Assembly (NCBI GenBank): GCA_977017645.1
Contig: OZ360242.1
Span: 44,330,001-44,394,000, forward strand
Length of the DNA: 64,000 bases
Direction of reading: 5' to 3'
Source: Torpedo marmorata
Taxonomy: Eukaryota
Below, piece by piece: positions 1-13,125 of the stretch. A model generated the notes under the pieces. The model made no database searches. It was given only the letters and a program-made list of their open reading frames with translations, and was not told where the DNA came from. The position numbers and the translations under genes are program-made. Position 1 is the stretch's first letter. Every line of letters begins with the position of its first letter.

Positions 1-1449
1 TGCTTTCAACATGTAGGCAACCTGCTTCTTTCATAAAACAGCATGTTCTCTGATTTCAAATGGACAAAGCACACCAGATCTTGTAAGTCTTCCATTGGTT
101 AAAATGAGCCTTTTCCACACAACATTCTACACAACCCTGCACTGCTTTATATGGTCAATAAATTTGACACTCCGGCTTCCAATTACCTCCTGTTAATTAC
201 ATTAATGATGTCAGGAGCATCAGATTTTTGCCAGTGGAAGAGATCACTAGATTGCAGAAAGAGCAGCACAACTTCCTGTGCATTGACCAATGCAGTCTCA
301 CCCACTCTCATTGGACATTTCCTTTTCATTTCTCTTGTCTTATAGGATTTCTGCCTAATTTGCAACTCTGCAGATACTGCAAAACTCTGTGTTTGGTAGA
401 TTGGAAACCCCAAATATACTTCTCAACAGAATTCTTGTTAACTCACAAGCAGTGACCTCTTGTGTTACAACTGCCATTACTCTTGAAAACCATTTCATCA
501 GCTGTAAATCACTTTGGGACATTCCGAGGATGGGAAAGGTACAATATAAATGTGTTAATTATTGAATGTATTCATTCACATTCATTTTTCTTTCTACTTG
601 TCTTTCATCCTGTTTCTCTTTTCTGAATAATCCTTTAATTAAGGTCCATATCGGTGGCAGATTCTTCAAAAGCCTGCACTTTTTCTTACAATTGTGAATG
701 AATACAGTGCAAGGGATTTTTTCTGGAACTCTGGCCAACATTTGCAAATACTGATAAGAAGTGTGGCTTTTCAAAATGGTTTGATATCCAACTAACGTTT
801 GGAGCACAAATATACTTCACTGTCCGTTACAGTTGCATCATGTGAATGCACTTCTGCCAATAAGGGTGGCAGAATTGGTTTAATTAGAGAAGGTTGTGCT
901 CCTTGGCACTGGTAAAATTATAAAAATACCATCATAATTACTCAAAACAGGACTTCAATTGAGATGTGCATTTACCCAGCAAACCAGATCATTTCAGTTG
1001 TAGATCAAAAAACAATCTCTGCCAATTCAGGCTAGAGATGATCATAAGCAGACACTGACTCAACTAAACATTTTATTTCCTGTTACAATTGCCAGAACTT
1101 AACTAAATGTTGTCAGGTCAGCAAAATACCAAGGGGCTCTTTGTCTTGCTATTCAATATTCCAGTCACTAGATAAGTACTGCCAAAGAAATTCACAACTC
1201 AATCACATAGCATTAGAAAGCTCTTCAGTTTCCTGTCCTGAGCATCAGCCTTACTTTGAACTCCTTTCTACTTTTTCATTGGAAACAACACTAGCAGCTG
1301 ATGGCTGAAGCCGTCTTCAGTAATCAGCATCTAAATATGAACAAAGTATTGAACTGAAACCTTTCATGAGGCATTTCCCCCATTGACAACATCAAAAGAT
1401 GCACCTGATAGATACTTTTCACTAACATCCAACCAATGTTTTTTGCTTA

Positions 1450-2170
1450 CATTTGCTGTGAGCAAATTTAAGTTCATGGGAGTCTCTATCTCAGAGGATC
1501 TTTCCTAGACCCAACACGCTAATGGCATCATGAAGAAAGCACGTCAGCGCCTCTACGTCCTCAGGAGTTTTCCGGGGTTTGGTATGACAGCAGAAACCCT
1601 GTCAAATTTCTACAGGTGTGTGGGGAAATGTGTGCTGAGTGGCTGCATCACGGTCTGGTATGGAGAAACCAATACCCTGAGTGTAAAGCCCTGAAAAAGG
1701 TAGTGGACATAGCCCAGGCTATCACAGGCAAAACCCTCCCCACCATCCAGAACATCTACAGGGAACGCTGCCGTCGGAGAGCAGCAGCAATCATCAAGGA
1801 TCCATATCACCCAGCACACGCTCTGTTCTCACTGCTGCCATCAGGAAAGAGGTATAGGTGCAACAAGCCCCGGATCACCAGGTTCAGTAACAGCTTCTTC
1901 GCCTTCACCATCAGACTCCCTAACAACAAACTCAATCAGGGACTCATTTAAGGACTCTTACTTTTGCACTTTATTGATTTTTTTTCCCTCTGTATTGCAC
2001 TGTCAGTTTGTTTACATTTCTTTATTTGTTTACAGGTTTTGAGTACTGTTTTTTTGCACTACCAATAAGTGGTAATTCTGCCTCGCCTGCATTAAAAAGT
2101 ATCTCAGGGTTGTATGTGATGTTTTGTATATACTCTGAGCATAAATCTAAAATCTGAATCTGAAATCTAA
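1450..2170 (+). mobile_element. Rex1/Babar-type LINE 3' fragment
   Basis: KKARQRLY, IIKDPYHPAHALFSLLPSGKRYR; AATCTG tail repeats. Confidence 0.85.
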
Positions 2171-2489
2171 AAATTCCTATCCAGGTTGTATACCATTGGT
2201 TGTGTGAAAATGGCTTCTTACTGGCTGACTCCTCATTGAAATACATTGGACATCATGAAGCTGTTGCACTTTCACAGTGAACACCATCAAAACTGGTCAC
2301 AGACACAAGAGTTCTGTCCTTTTCTGCCTGGTTACCACTTCTAAGGACATTAAAATGTAATTTTCTGCCAAGACAGCTTAACGACACTAAAAAAAAATGA
2401 AGTGGATTTTAATTTCTTTCATTTGCTGTAATTGTTGTTAGAGATTTTTAAAATGTAATAATTAATGTAATAAATGTAGTTCATAGTAG

Positions 2490-2815
2490 TAACGTCACAG
2501 CCTCACATTGCCTGAGATTCAGGTTCAGTCCTGATCTTGGATACTGTTGGTGTGAAGTTTGCAGTTTCTCACCAAGATTATGTAGGTTTCCCCTGGGCTG
2601 CTCCAGATTTCTGCCACAGTGTAAAGACATGTGGGTTTGTAAGTGAATTGGCCACTGTAAGATGCCTTCGTGTACAATTGAGAGTTAGAACCTGGGGGGA
2701 ATGGGTGAGATTTTGAGGAGAATAAATATTGGATAAATGTTGGACTAGTGTAAATAGATAGTCAGCATGGAGCCAGTTGGCTGAACACCTGTTTCTGTGA
2801 TGTATCTCTCTGTAA
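2490..2815 (+). mobile_element. Old V-SINE copy
   Basis: Degenerate B box caggttcagtcctg, V core gtgtgaagtttgca...ggtttccc, CR1-like tail. Confidence 0.7.
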
Positions 2816-4854
2816 CTCTGATTATTCCAATCAGGAATCAGCCATATAGATCTTCCTCGCCAGCTCCTCCAGTATCTCTACATCTTAAATGAGATAGTTT
2901 TGATGAGGTCAATAACATCGTGATCATGGCAGTGTTTCTGGAGACAAAAAGGAGCATCTGATGGATTCAGTAAAATGAACTGGAAATCATCAGCAACAAG
3001 GAGAGAGGGAAAACATTGTTAATATTTCAGGCCAATGACTTGTCATCCAAATGACTGGTGTTTAGTTAGAGACTAATCACATCTCTGGGAAATGATTCCA
3101 AGGACTTCATCCAATCTATTAAAATGCGGTGACTGTAATTGTAGAGGCTAATGTGAAAATCAGTATAGTACGAATCCACTCAAGCAAAGAAATGAATACA
3201 AATAGGCAATACTGTGGGTGCATGACCCAGAGAATGCTGGAAATCCACAGTGGTTCAGCATCTGTGACAGGGGTGGAGACAAGGAACAGAATACAGGAGC
3301 AGAGAGAGAGGCATAATCACCACCCACAGCAATCTGCTGAGGGTTGGACACATAAACACACGGTCACCTTGCAAATTTGAAGATGTGTGTGTGTGTGCGC
3401 CTCAGCAAAGCTGGAAAATCCAACCGTCCTGTGTGTGCTCTGATGTGTGGAGGGAGCAACAAGCCTGAAGGCTTAGTGTGGATGACTCCTCATGTCTCCC
3501 GTTCCCCCCACCTCCCTCTATATCGTGGTTACATTTACCTTTTGTGGCTCCACAGGTTCTATGGAGCTTGAGCTCTCACTGCTATGACAGTCACTAGAAG
3601 CAGGAGGTCTACCATAGCAGATCGTGAGGATCTCTCCCGCCCTTGCCAGCACCCCCACCCCCCTGCCTCCCCCCACAACTGCCTTGGTGGGCTCTTGACA
3701 GTTTTGCTGTCAATTGCCTTGCTAAGTGTTTCCAAGAGTCATTGATGAATAGAAACATTTAAAAGCAATTGAAATATGCTTTAAAATCAATTTAGAATGT
3801 AAAGATTAATATATCTATGTAAAAGACATTATGTTATGGAAATTAATTAAATACTTTTGAGTTTAAAAAAAAAAAAGAACAAATCTCTTACTTGCAGTTC
3901 CCCTTTCAATATAGCCCGGCGACCCCATTCACCGAGCATGTAACCCCCAGCACCTTCCTGATATTCCAGGTCCTAAAGGCACTGGCTCACACACCCTGTA
4001 ACCAGCCACAGAACTGCCAGGCACCATCAGCACCTCCGACTAATTTTTCACTCAATGACCTTCCATCAATTCTGATTTGCTGAGGATTTCTAGCAATTCC
4101 TGTATCTGGAATTTGTATCCAGTGATCTGAGTTGTTTAGGTATTGATTGATGGAAGAATTTTGTCTACAGTTATAGTCAATATAAATGCTGAGTTCCTGG
4201 CTCTGTGATTCAACTCTGGAGTAGATATTCAATATAAGGATGCACTTTTACAATGAGTATTCCATTGCTGAGTTGGAGAGGTACTTGTCCTGACCTTGGA
4301 TCAGAAAGGAGTTAGCCTCACTAATCATGGCACAAGTCACACTCCCCGAGCCCACCACAGCTTCAGTGATGATTCTCCTGTCATTGCTTCCAGAGCCCTG
4401 TACTGTCAGCACCTCCACTGATTCCAGGACTCTGCTCCTGTCACTAGCCCATTGTCACCTCCATAGGTGAGTTACTAGAAAGATGTCTGTTGAGCTCTGG
4501 ATCACCTCTACAATGGAGTAAAAATGTCCTCCCATCTAAATTATATAAATTTGTGTACTTCTATCAGGTCTACCCTCAGCCTTCTTTAGAATTCTTTGCT
4601 AATAGATTATTCTAGTTGAACATTTGTATTTGGTTTGTTTCAAACTATAAATGCTGAATTTCAATTAAATGTTACCACTGGAACCAACCCAGTATTGCTA
4701 GGCACCACCCAACATCCTGCCAAACAATCTCCAGAAACTCACAAAATAGATATTCAACATGTTGACAATGGCAAGGGAAGTTGCACTTTATAACTCAGCA
4801 AGTTGTAAAGGCTTGTCTGCCTGGACGTCTAATACCTATTGAAAAGGTGCAAAG

Positions 4855-5310
4855 GTTCCTTTTATTGACACATAATAATAAATTACAAATATATATACAA
4901 TAAAACCCCCGGTATCCGGCACCTATGGGAATTGGTAGATTCCGGATAAGTGAATTTGCTGGTTGCTTGAGATTGTGTGTTGCATGGTTTGGTGAACTGA
5001 CCACTGGGGGTGAGGGGTGGGGGGTGCCAATTTTAAACTTTCGTATTTTTTAACCTATTTATTTTCCACGATTTTTTTTGCCGGTTGCTTAAATTCCGGA
5101 TAATGGGGATTTTACTGTACTGCAACTTATGTCTGCTGTAAGGCAAACATAGAGTCAACATGAGCATTGCCTGGCGCCCCTAACAATAGGAGAAAGAAAA
5201 GCAAAAGAGAGTCCCTTGAGCGTTATTGAGTGTCCGTGGATTCGCCTCCAGCACTCCCGCAGCCCCCTGCAGCCACGCAGACTCCAGTTCAAACCATCAG
5301 CAACCTGCTG
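4855..5310 (-). mobile_element. Partial copy of the same non-autonomous element, split by a MITE
   Basis: agcaaaagagagtccc...gtgtccgtggattcgcctccagc matches the other two copies. Confidence 0.7.
4898..5117. mobile_element. Tigger/pogo-like MITE
   Basis: CA(A/G)TAAAA(C/T)CCC...TATCCGG inverted termini, TA TSD. Confidence 0.75.
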
Positions 5311-6316
5311 CTGCTAGATTTGACTATCAGTACAGGGTTTGCCAGGATGCCTGTGGTGCTGGTTGGAATTTTAACAATGTTGTTTACGTAAAAATATTGG
5401 CCTGAAAATTTGAGTAAACTTGATGGGGTGTTTACTGTGGGCTCTAACCCAAACAGCAAACAAATATACCATAGTCCAGGGAAGGAAAAGACTAGAACAG
5501 ATCATTGATTATATTTTTTTAATGGATTGTAGATTAAGCAATCTGAACATGAATGCAAGCATTAAAAGTTTAAAAAAGAAAATGCAGCAAATATTTTATT
5601 CAACAGATGTGAAGTATTGAATATTTGCTTCAAGAGATGAGTAATTATCATCAATATTTAATTAGATTTAAAAAGTGTTAGACAAAATTATTTTTGGCTC
5701 TTTTATGGCTGAAATATTCAATACTGTTTAGTAGGCAAAGATTTGGATTGAAATCTCTTTGCAGATTACAATTTAGACAGGGGCTCTTTCACTTTATATT
5801 CATCTACGGCATAGTTAAATCAAAAGGCAAAATTTAAAATCAGTATAAAATTATCCCAGCTGCTGTGAGGCCGTTCACTGTTACATAAATGTGTCTGAGC
5901 TGGTGAACTGAGCTAACACTTGCCAATTTCCAGGGTGATGTGCATTGGTGGACAAAATGACGAGATGAAAAGGTCAGAGGCAGCAAACTGGAAGAATGGG
6001 AATGAATTTTCATGTAGCTACTAATTGAATACAAAAATATAAGGCACAGTATTTTTTTAATGACATTAGGTTGAAAGAGATAGAAGTTCAGATGAAGCTG
6101 GGTGTTCTTATAAACAAATCACTTCAAGTTAACATGCAGGTTCAGTAAGCATTAGGTAGGCAAATGAATGACACTTTTTTTCTTTCTTTAATTAGACTCT
6201 TAAACGGATCTCTCATTGGTAAAAGATGATGCTCTTGCATTAATTTGACGGTATTTTTCTCGCTGCCCTGCACTTTGTCTTTGTAACAACCTGCTCTGCA
6301 CTCATGGCTTACTATA

Positions 6317-6588
6317 GGGCGGCACGGTTGACGTAGCGGTTAGCGCAACGTCTTTACAGAGCCAGCGATCGGGACCGAGTCGGGGTACGAATCCCGCGCT
6401 GTCTGTAAAGAGTTTGTACATTCTCCCCGAGTCTGCGTGGGTTTTCTCTGGGGGCTACAGTTTCCTCCCACCGTTCAAAAACGTACCAGGGGTGTAGGTT
6501 AATTGGGGGTAAAATTGGGTGGCACGGACTCGTGGGCTGAAATGGCCTGTTACCGTGCTGTATGTCAAAATAAATAAAATAAATAAAT
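6317..6588 (+). mobile_element. HE1/V-SINE (tRNA head, V domain, CR1-derived tail)
   Basis: A-box region GTAGCGGTTAGCG, degenerate B box, V core TTCTCCCCG.GTCTGCGTGGGTT, tail GGCCTGTTACCGTGCTGTA. Confidence 0.9.
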
Positions 6589-7670
6589 ATAACCTGCACT
6601 TTTGTTTTATTATTGCACTAGCTGCTGTACTAAAGTATGGGTTGACTTGCCTGGATAGCATGCTTTTCACTGTATATTGGTACATGTGACGATAAATATT
6701 TCATTCAATTAAGTGTTGGCTTTACTGCAAGGGAATTTGAAATCAAAAAGAGAATGTTCATACCGTATCATGCAGTGCCCTGTTTGGACCAAAGCTGGAA
6801 AATGATTTATGGGAATGGTTTCTCTGCCTTAGGAATGATGACCTTGAAATTGAGAAAGTACGGTAAGAATTACCCAGTTCACTTCCTGTCGTGGCAATCT
6901 TGTAGCATGAAGAAAAGTTGAATAGACTTGGCCTGCACTCTCTTGAGTTTTAAAGAATGAGAAATGATCTCCTTGAAATATGTAAAATTCTTATCGGACT
7001 GACAGGTTAGATGTGATGATCCCCTGACTAGAGAGTTTACGTCCTAGGTTCATGGTTTCAAAATCAATGGGTGGCCACTGGGTATAGAAATGAGCAAAAA
7101 TCTCTTCACCCAGAGTATAATAAATATTTAACCGTTCTTTATCCTGGAGGACTAGACAGGAAATATGTTCAAGACACAGATCAAAGGACATAGGTGGTGA
7201 GTTAAAAGATTAGCCAACAGAGAGTGGAACAAGTTCAAGAGGTCAGTGGACTCCTCCTGCTCATGTACTAATGCCCTTGGTCATCTTGGTGCTGGTGATC
7301 ATTGGTTGATTCAGGAACAGTCAAGTGCATTTATAGATGCAGCTATTGTTTGGAGAATGCAGGATGAGTTATTTAAACATGGAATATTCAAAGAGGAAAT
7401 GGATAAATATTCGAGAAGGAGAAATGTGAACTAGTTTGAGAAGAGAGCAGAGTGATGAAATGGCACCAACACTGGACCAGTGGATTGAATGGTCTCCCGT
7501 ATTGCATTTTCATAATTCCTTTAATCTGATTCAGTTGATTAATTTTGGTGCAAAACAGAAAATAATAAAACAGCATATAAAATTTACAAATCCACCAAAG
7601 AATCCTGTAAACTGCAACATTTTTGATTAAACATATTTTGTAATGAGCCTTCAAGCTGTGTGGCTGTGTT

Positions 7671-7843
7671 TAAAATGATAAATGCAGCAACAGAGCCCTG
7701 ATTATGTTTGCAAAATTATTCTCAAAGCATCCAATCACCTGCAGCTTAGTTCGGTTTTAATCAACCCTCCCTCCTCTTGAGAAACGAATATATGGGATAT
7801 TGAACAAAAATCCCCTTATCACAGACAGCACACAGTATTCCTT
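7671..7843 (+). repeat. About 170-bp segment duplicated at 9698-9950
   Basis: Direct alignment by eye; the second copy carries an 80-bp CR1 insertion. Confidence 0.88.
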
Positions 7844-8063
7844 GCAAAGGGAACATGTGTACATTAACATTCAATGACCAAAAGTGAAAATGCCTTATAC
7901 ATGTTTCTCATTCCTTGAATATTCAACTGCCATGACTTCTTCCAACTGCATAAACTTTGAACATCTAATTATTTTCTACATTATGAGAAAATTAATTAAA
8001 TGTAATGACAAACTAACATTTCAATTATAGTCTCACTCAACTCTTACCAAGTCTCCTTTTTTA

Positions 8064-9290
8064 AGATTCAAGATTCAAGATTATTTTTATTGTCATGTAA
8101 TAAAACAGAAATTGTGATATTACACAAAATTTCCTTTAGTCTACCGTAAGGCAGACAAAAATTCACTGTCAGCAGAAATTGCACAGAGCCCCTTACAGTC
8201 AGAGAAAGAGAAGCAAAAGAGAGTCCACCCAGAGTCATTGAGTGTCCGTTGTTACAAAATCAAACCAGCAACGACAGAAGACGCAATGCAAAAGGGGTAA
8301 AATTGACATTTATATTTATTAAAGACAATTAAACATATAATTTCACAACAATTAACCCCACTATAAACGTCTATAAAAACTATTCTTATCTAAAAGGTGT
8401 GTGTGTGTAAAGCCCAGACCATTACAGTCTGTGCCAAACCCTCATGTAAAAATGGAAAAACTTTCCCCAAAAACCCCAGGTCAGTCATAAAAACAAGTCA
8501 GTCAAAAAAATATAATACAGTCCACAAAAATTCACTCTCTTAGTTCAGGTTCCAAATTCAGCTCTGTGTGCTGGTAGAAGGACTTTTCAATGAACGTTGG
8601 AGAGAGACAATGACTGTTTATGCTTACGAATACTTGGCTTGTTTTTTTCTTCTCTGATGACTTTCCCTTTTGGTAGAGATTCACGAGGATTGCGACTCCA
8701 AATCAGTATACCACTGATTGAAGCGTGTGCTTGGATCTCACAGCTGGTCTCGCTGATCTCACGCCTGTTCTCCACAAAAGTTGCTTTTAACTCAGGATTT
8801 CTCTGAGACAGGAGGCCATGTGCTATCCTTCCAGCCTTTTCCTCTGGGATGCACAAGCCTGGATTTGGCTGTGTTCTCCAGCCTTTGCAACTCCAAACTG
8901 CCTGCTTTTTGCAGAGGTCTGCACCTGCTTTTGCAAAAGTGCAACAAAGTATCTTTCCACAGCCTGTCTCTCTCTGCTCTCTCTCTCTCTCTGGGTACAC
9001 CAAGTCCTGGGCAAGTTAACTCTTTCAGTACCTGGTCCCAGTGTGTACTCCAAAAGACTTCATCCTTCCTGCTGACCGTCCGCAGTCCAAATGGTCAGTC
9101 ATGGTCCATAACACCGTGGATTCACCTCCAGTGCTCCCACAGCCTCTGCAGCCACACAGCCTTCAGTCCAAACCATCAGCAACCTGAACTCCAGATGCAC
9201 ACCTCTGACATGATCAGAAAGCCTCCAGCACCCTTGGCACCCTCTCTCATCTCGGTTGCGATACCTGGTACCCCTTCAGCCAGTCTTGAG
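8064..9290 (-). mobile_element. Partial copy of the same non-autonomous element, split by a solo LTR
   Basis: 8064-8249 and 9114-9290 are reverse complements of about 17120-17452; AGATTCA tail repeats. Confidence 0.8.
8250..9113 (-). mobile_element. Solo LTR (Gypsy or ERV type), 864 bp
   Basis: TGTTA...TAACA termini, 4-bp TSD CCGT (8246-8249, 9114-9117), AATAAA on minus near 8315; the host element is collinear across it. Confidence 0.85.
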
Positions 9291-9753
9291 CCTTTACTTT
9301 ATTCCTCCAGTGCTGGTGGAGCTGGTGTTGGCAAACCACAGGTTTAGTGCCAATTCCAAATTACCCATGAACTGATGCAATCCACATGGTGAAGGTACTC
9401 GTACACTGGAGTTGTGTTCATTGTGGACCAGGTCACAATGACAGAACAGCGATGTATTTCCAAAACAGGATGGTGCATGGCTTGAAGAGGAACCTGCAGG
9501 TGGTGATGTCTGCTACCCTTGTTCTTGTGTGTGGTTGGTTTGGAAGATATTGTTAGAGTAGCTCAGTTTAGTACCCACAGTGCATCTTGCAGATGGTTCA
9601 CACTGCAGTCATAGCGTTCTGGTGGCGGATGGAGTGAATGCTTAGAGTTTTGTATTTTCTGATGCTAACACCTATTCTGCAAAATAATCTGAAGATCTAA
9701 AATGATAAACGCAGCAACAGAGCCCTGATTATGTTTGCAAAGTTATTCTCAAA

Positions 9754-9833
9754 TAACCATATAACCATATAACATTTACAGCACAGAAACAAGCCAGTTT
9801 GGCCCTTCTAGTCCATGCCGAACGCATTCTCCT
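9754..9833 (-). mobile_element. 80-bp CR1 3' end
   Basis: Reverse complement of 39636-39715, including the tail repeats. Confidence 0.85.
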
Positions 9834-10635
9834 CATCCAATTACTTGCAGCTTGCAGTTGGGTTTTAATCAACCCTCCCTCCTCTTAAGAAACAAATATG
9901 TGGGATATTGAACAAAAATCCCCTTATCACAGTCAACACACAGTATTCTTTCAAGTCAAATAATTTCAAAACCACGCTTGATTCTGATGTAGATATTTCC
10001 ATTTGTTCGCAGAACAAGTTGCACCAAAATTGCTTGCTGTTCCTACAGAGTGGGATGATGGAGTTAGACATTTCTATTTTCAATGAGTGCTGTGTGATAA
10101 AGCATAACGTACTTTGTATTTTACATGGTATACTGATGTTTAGTAGTTACCATAACTGAAAAAGATTCTGCACCCACTTATGATGCCCATTTCTGCTCTG
10201 TCTTCCTCCTCCTTCTCTCACTTGTAGGCAGCTCTACTCCTGTTTTCTCCATTCTTACTGATAGATGTTGGGCAATTTCTTTCCATTCAGTTTCTTGCTG
10301 TTGATACTGTCTTTACAAAACTGCTCAGGCACAATAATGAATGCACCTGTGGCTCCCTAATGTAACATCTGCGGCATTGAGGACCCTCTGCTGATTGATC
10401 AGGTCCACTGCAGTGGCTTTTCGTGCCTTGGCAGAGGCACAGTGGCTGCAATGTTCATGACCACTCAGAAGGCCGATCACAGCTCCAACATGCCACGAGT
10501 TGAATCTGAGATGACAACATTCTTTTGTGAACTCTTTATTTGATAATTGTTAGGTCGTCCCAAGTTAACAGTGCTGGCAGAGATATCTAAGATGTCATCC
10601 CAGCAATTTCAGACAGGTAACTTCACTGCTTATCA

Positions 10636-10862
10636 TTTAGACATACAGTACATGCAGCACGGGCCACGAGCCCTTGCCGCCCAATTACACCCAATTGACC
10701 TACAACCCCTGTACATTTTGAACAGTGGGAGGAAACTGGAGCACCTGGAGAAAACCCACGCAGACAGGGGGAGAACGTACAAACTCCTTACGGACAGCGC
10801 GGGCTTTGAACCCCGGTCCCGATCGCTGGCGCTGTAACTGTGTTGCGCTAACCATGCCGCCC
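10636..10862 (-). mobile_element. HE1/V-SINE
   Basis: Reverse complement of the same consensus. Confidence 0.88.
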
Positions 10863-11254
10863 AAACTGCTTCAAACTGATGACCTTCTTCCACATTTTGT
10901 TCCTTATGACTTTGTATCCATGTCTACTTTTAGTTTCTGGCAGTGGAGAACATAGTGAGCCAAAAATAAATCAATTCATGAAAAGTTTGTGCAATCTGCA
11001 GAGTCCCACTGCTGGTAGTCTACGATTTCTATGCAATGGACCTTGTCAAAGCACGTGTGTGGCTACAGATGCTACTGCTATCTTCTGCCCATTAATGCGC
11101 ATTTAGCACATGATTGTCCGAATTCTGTGAATTTGCTGAAACTACTCATAGCCAGCTAACATCATGCCTGCATCTCTTAATGGTGAGCAGTTACAGCGGC
11201 CAGAGAGACAGCAAGACGTAATTTTTTTTCAGGATAAAGATAGGAATACCTTAT

Positions 11255-11990
11255 ATTTCAGATTTATTGTCAGAGTACATACATGACATCACACACAACC
11301 CTGAAATTCTTTTTCCTGCGGGCGAGGCAGAATTACCACATTGATTTTTTTAAAAATTTAGACATACAGCATGGTAACAGGCCATTTCGGCCCACGAGTC
11401 CGTGCCGCCCAATTTACACCCAATTAACCTACACCCCCGGTACGTTTCGAATGGTGGGAGGAAACCGGAGCCCCTGGGGACATCCCACACAGACATGGGG
11501 AGAACGTACAAACTCCTTACAGACAACGCGGGATTAGAACCCCGGTCCCGATCGCTGGCGTTGTAAAGGCGTTGTGCTAACCGCTACGCCAACCGTGCCG
11601 CCCTTATTGGCAGCGCAAAAAAATGTGACTCAACGTACACATGTAAACAAATAAAGAAATGTAAACAAACTGACTGCAATAGAGAGAGAGAGAAAAAATT
11701 CAATAAAGTGCAAAAGTAAGAGTCCTTAAATAAGTCCCTGATTGAGTTTGATGTTGAGGAGTCTGATGGTGGAGGAGTAGCAACTCTTTCTGAACCTGGT
11801 GGTGCAAGTCTTATGCCACCTATACCTCTTTCCTGATAGTAGCAGTGAGAACTGAGCGTGCGCTGGTTGGTGTGGATCCTTGATGATTGCTGATGCTCTC
11901 TGACGGCAAAGTTCACTGCAGATTTTCTCGATGGTGGGGAGGGTTTTACCTGTGATGTCCTGGGCTGTGTCCACTTCCTTTTGGAAAAGG
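11255..11990 (-). mobile_element. Rex1/Babar-type LINE 3' fragment interrupted by a SINE
   Basis: IIKDPHQPAHAQFSLLLSGKRYR; same 3' UTR as 1950-2170. Confidence 0.83.
11344..11603 (-). mobile_element. HE1/V-SINE nested in a Rex LINE 3' UTR
   Basis: Same consensus. Confidence 0.9.
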
Positions 11991-12723
11991 TCAACAGTTG
12001 CATTGAGGACTTGCAGTCTCAGAGGCCTAAGTGGCCACCAGGGGCAGTGGGTGGAGTTGGTCATGCAAGTCAATGCCTCAGCTGATGCCGTGAGGATATG
12101 GTCCCAGAGCTGGGAAAAGTTTAATGACTCTGTACATATGGTCAAATCAATTGAAGGTCAACGAATGCTGTCCTCCGATACCTGCAAATCCTGTCCCCCT
12201 GTCCCCAACAAGATGTGGGGATTGTTGGTATCATGGGCAACATTTATGCCCATCATTTATTGCCTGTTGAACTCAGTGACACGAGCTGTCTCATAGGACA
12301 GTAATGTGTCACCCACAATGGTGTGGGTCTTGACTGACATTTATCCACAACAGGTCTCCAGGTTCATACATGTTCATGCAATGTCTTAGTCACCAACACA
12401 GCCATAGCTTCATTAAACCATAATAATTGAATTAGTTGAATTTAAATGCCCACCTGTCCCAGTAGGACTCAAATTAATTTCTCCAGGTCAATAATCCAAG
12501 CCTCTTGATGCTAAGCTAATTACTTAACCATTATTCTACTGTACTTTGTAGTTAAATGTTAATGAAAAGACACACAGAAATGCTTTGGGTTTGGCCTGTT
12601 TGCCCAAATGCCCACCAGAGACATCTAACAGCATTGTCCAGTTCTGAACTTTCTTATTTTGTGTGGGGCCTTGAACTGCTGTTCTGATGAAAGATAATTG
12701 ACCTAAAATATTAGGACCTAAAA

Positions 12724-12988
12724 GGGTGGCACAGTTAGCGCAACGCTGATTCAGCCCCAGCGTCCGGGACTGGGGTTCGAATCCTGTGCTGTCTGTAAGG
12801 CGTTTGTACATTCTCCCCATGTCTGCATGGGTTTTCCCCGGGTGCTCTGGTTTCCTCCCACCGTTCAAAAACATACCGCGGGTAGTAGGTCAATTGGGTG
12901 AAATTGGGCGGCACGGTCTCGTGGACCGAAAGGGCCTGTTACCGTACTGCATATCTAAATTTAATTTTTTTAAAATTAAATTAAAAAT
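12724..12988 (+). mobile_element. HE1/V-SINE
   Basis: Same consensus with B box GGTTCGAATCC. Confidence 0.9.
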
Positions 12989-13011
12989 TAACTCAGTTCC
13001 CTCTCTCTGCA

Positions 13012-13125
13012 CTGATATCTGATGAAGGGCTCAAGCCCGAAAGGTTGGTTATGTATCTTTATCATTGCTACATAAAGTACACTGTTTGACCTGCTGAGTT
13101 TCTCCAGCATTGTGTTTTTACTCCC
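13012..13125 (+). mobile_element. Penelope-derived terminal-repeat fragment with hammerhead core
   Basis: CTGATGA-A-GGGC TCAA GCCC-GAAA followed by the gacctgctgagtttctccagca block shared with 18500-18640. Confidence 0.72.

Noticed and set aside
6317-6410. tRNA gene (A/B boxes), here and at the other similar sites
   Set aside because: Each continues into the V-SINE core and CR1-type tail; these are SINE heads.
8587-9347. Overlapping 138-188 aa ORFs
   Set aside because: They lie in the solo LTR and its host repeat, cross a CT microsatellite and have no recognisable domain.
12680-12715. Additional CTGATGA hammerhead-like site
   Set aside because: No convincing stem II or GAAA; at most a very decayed relic.
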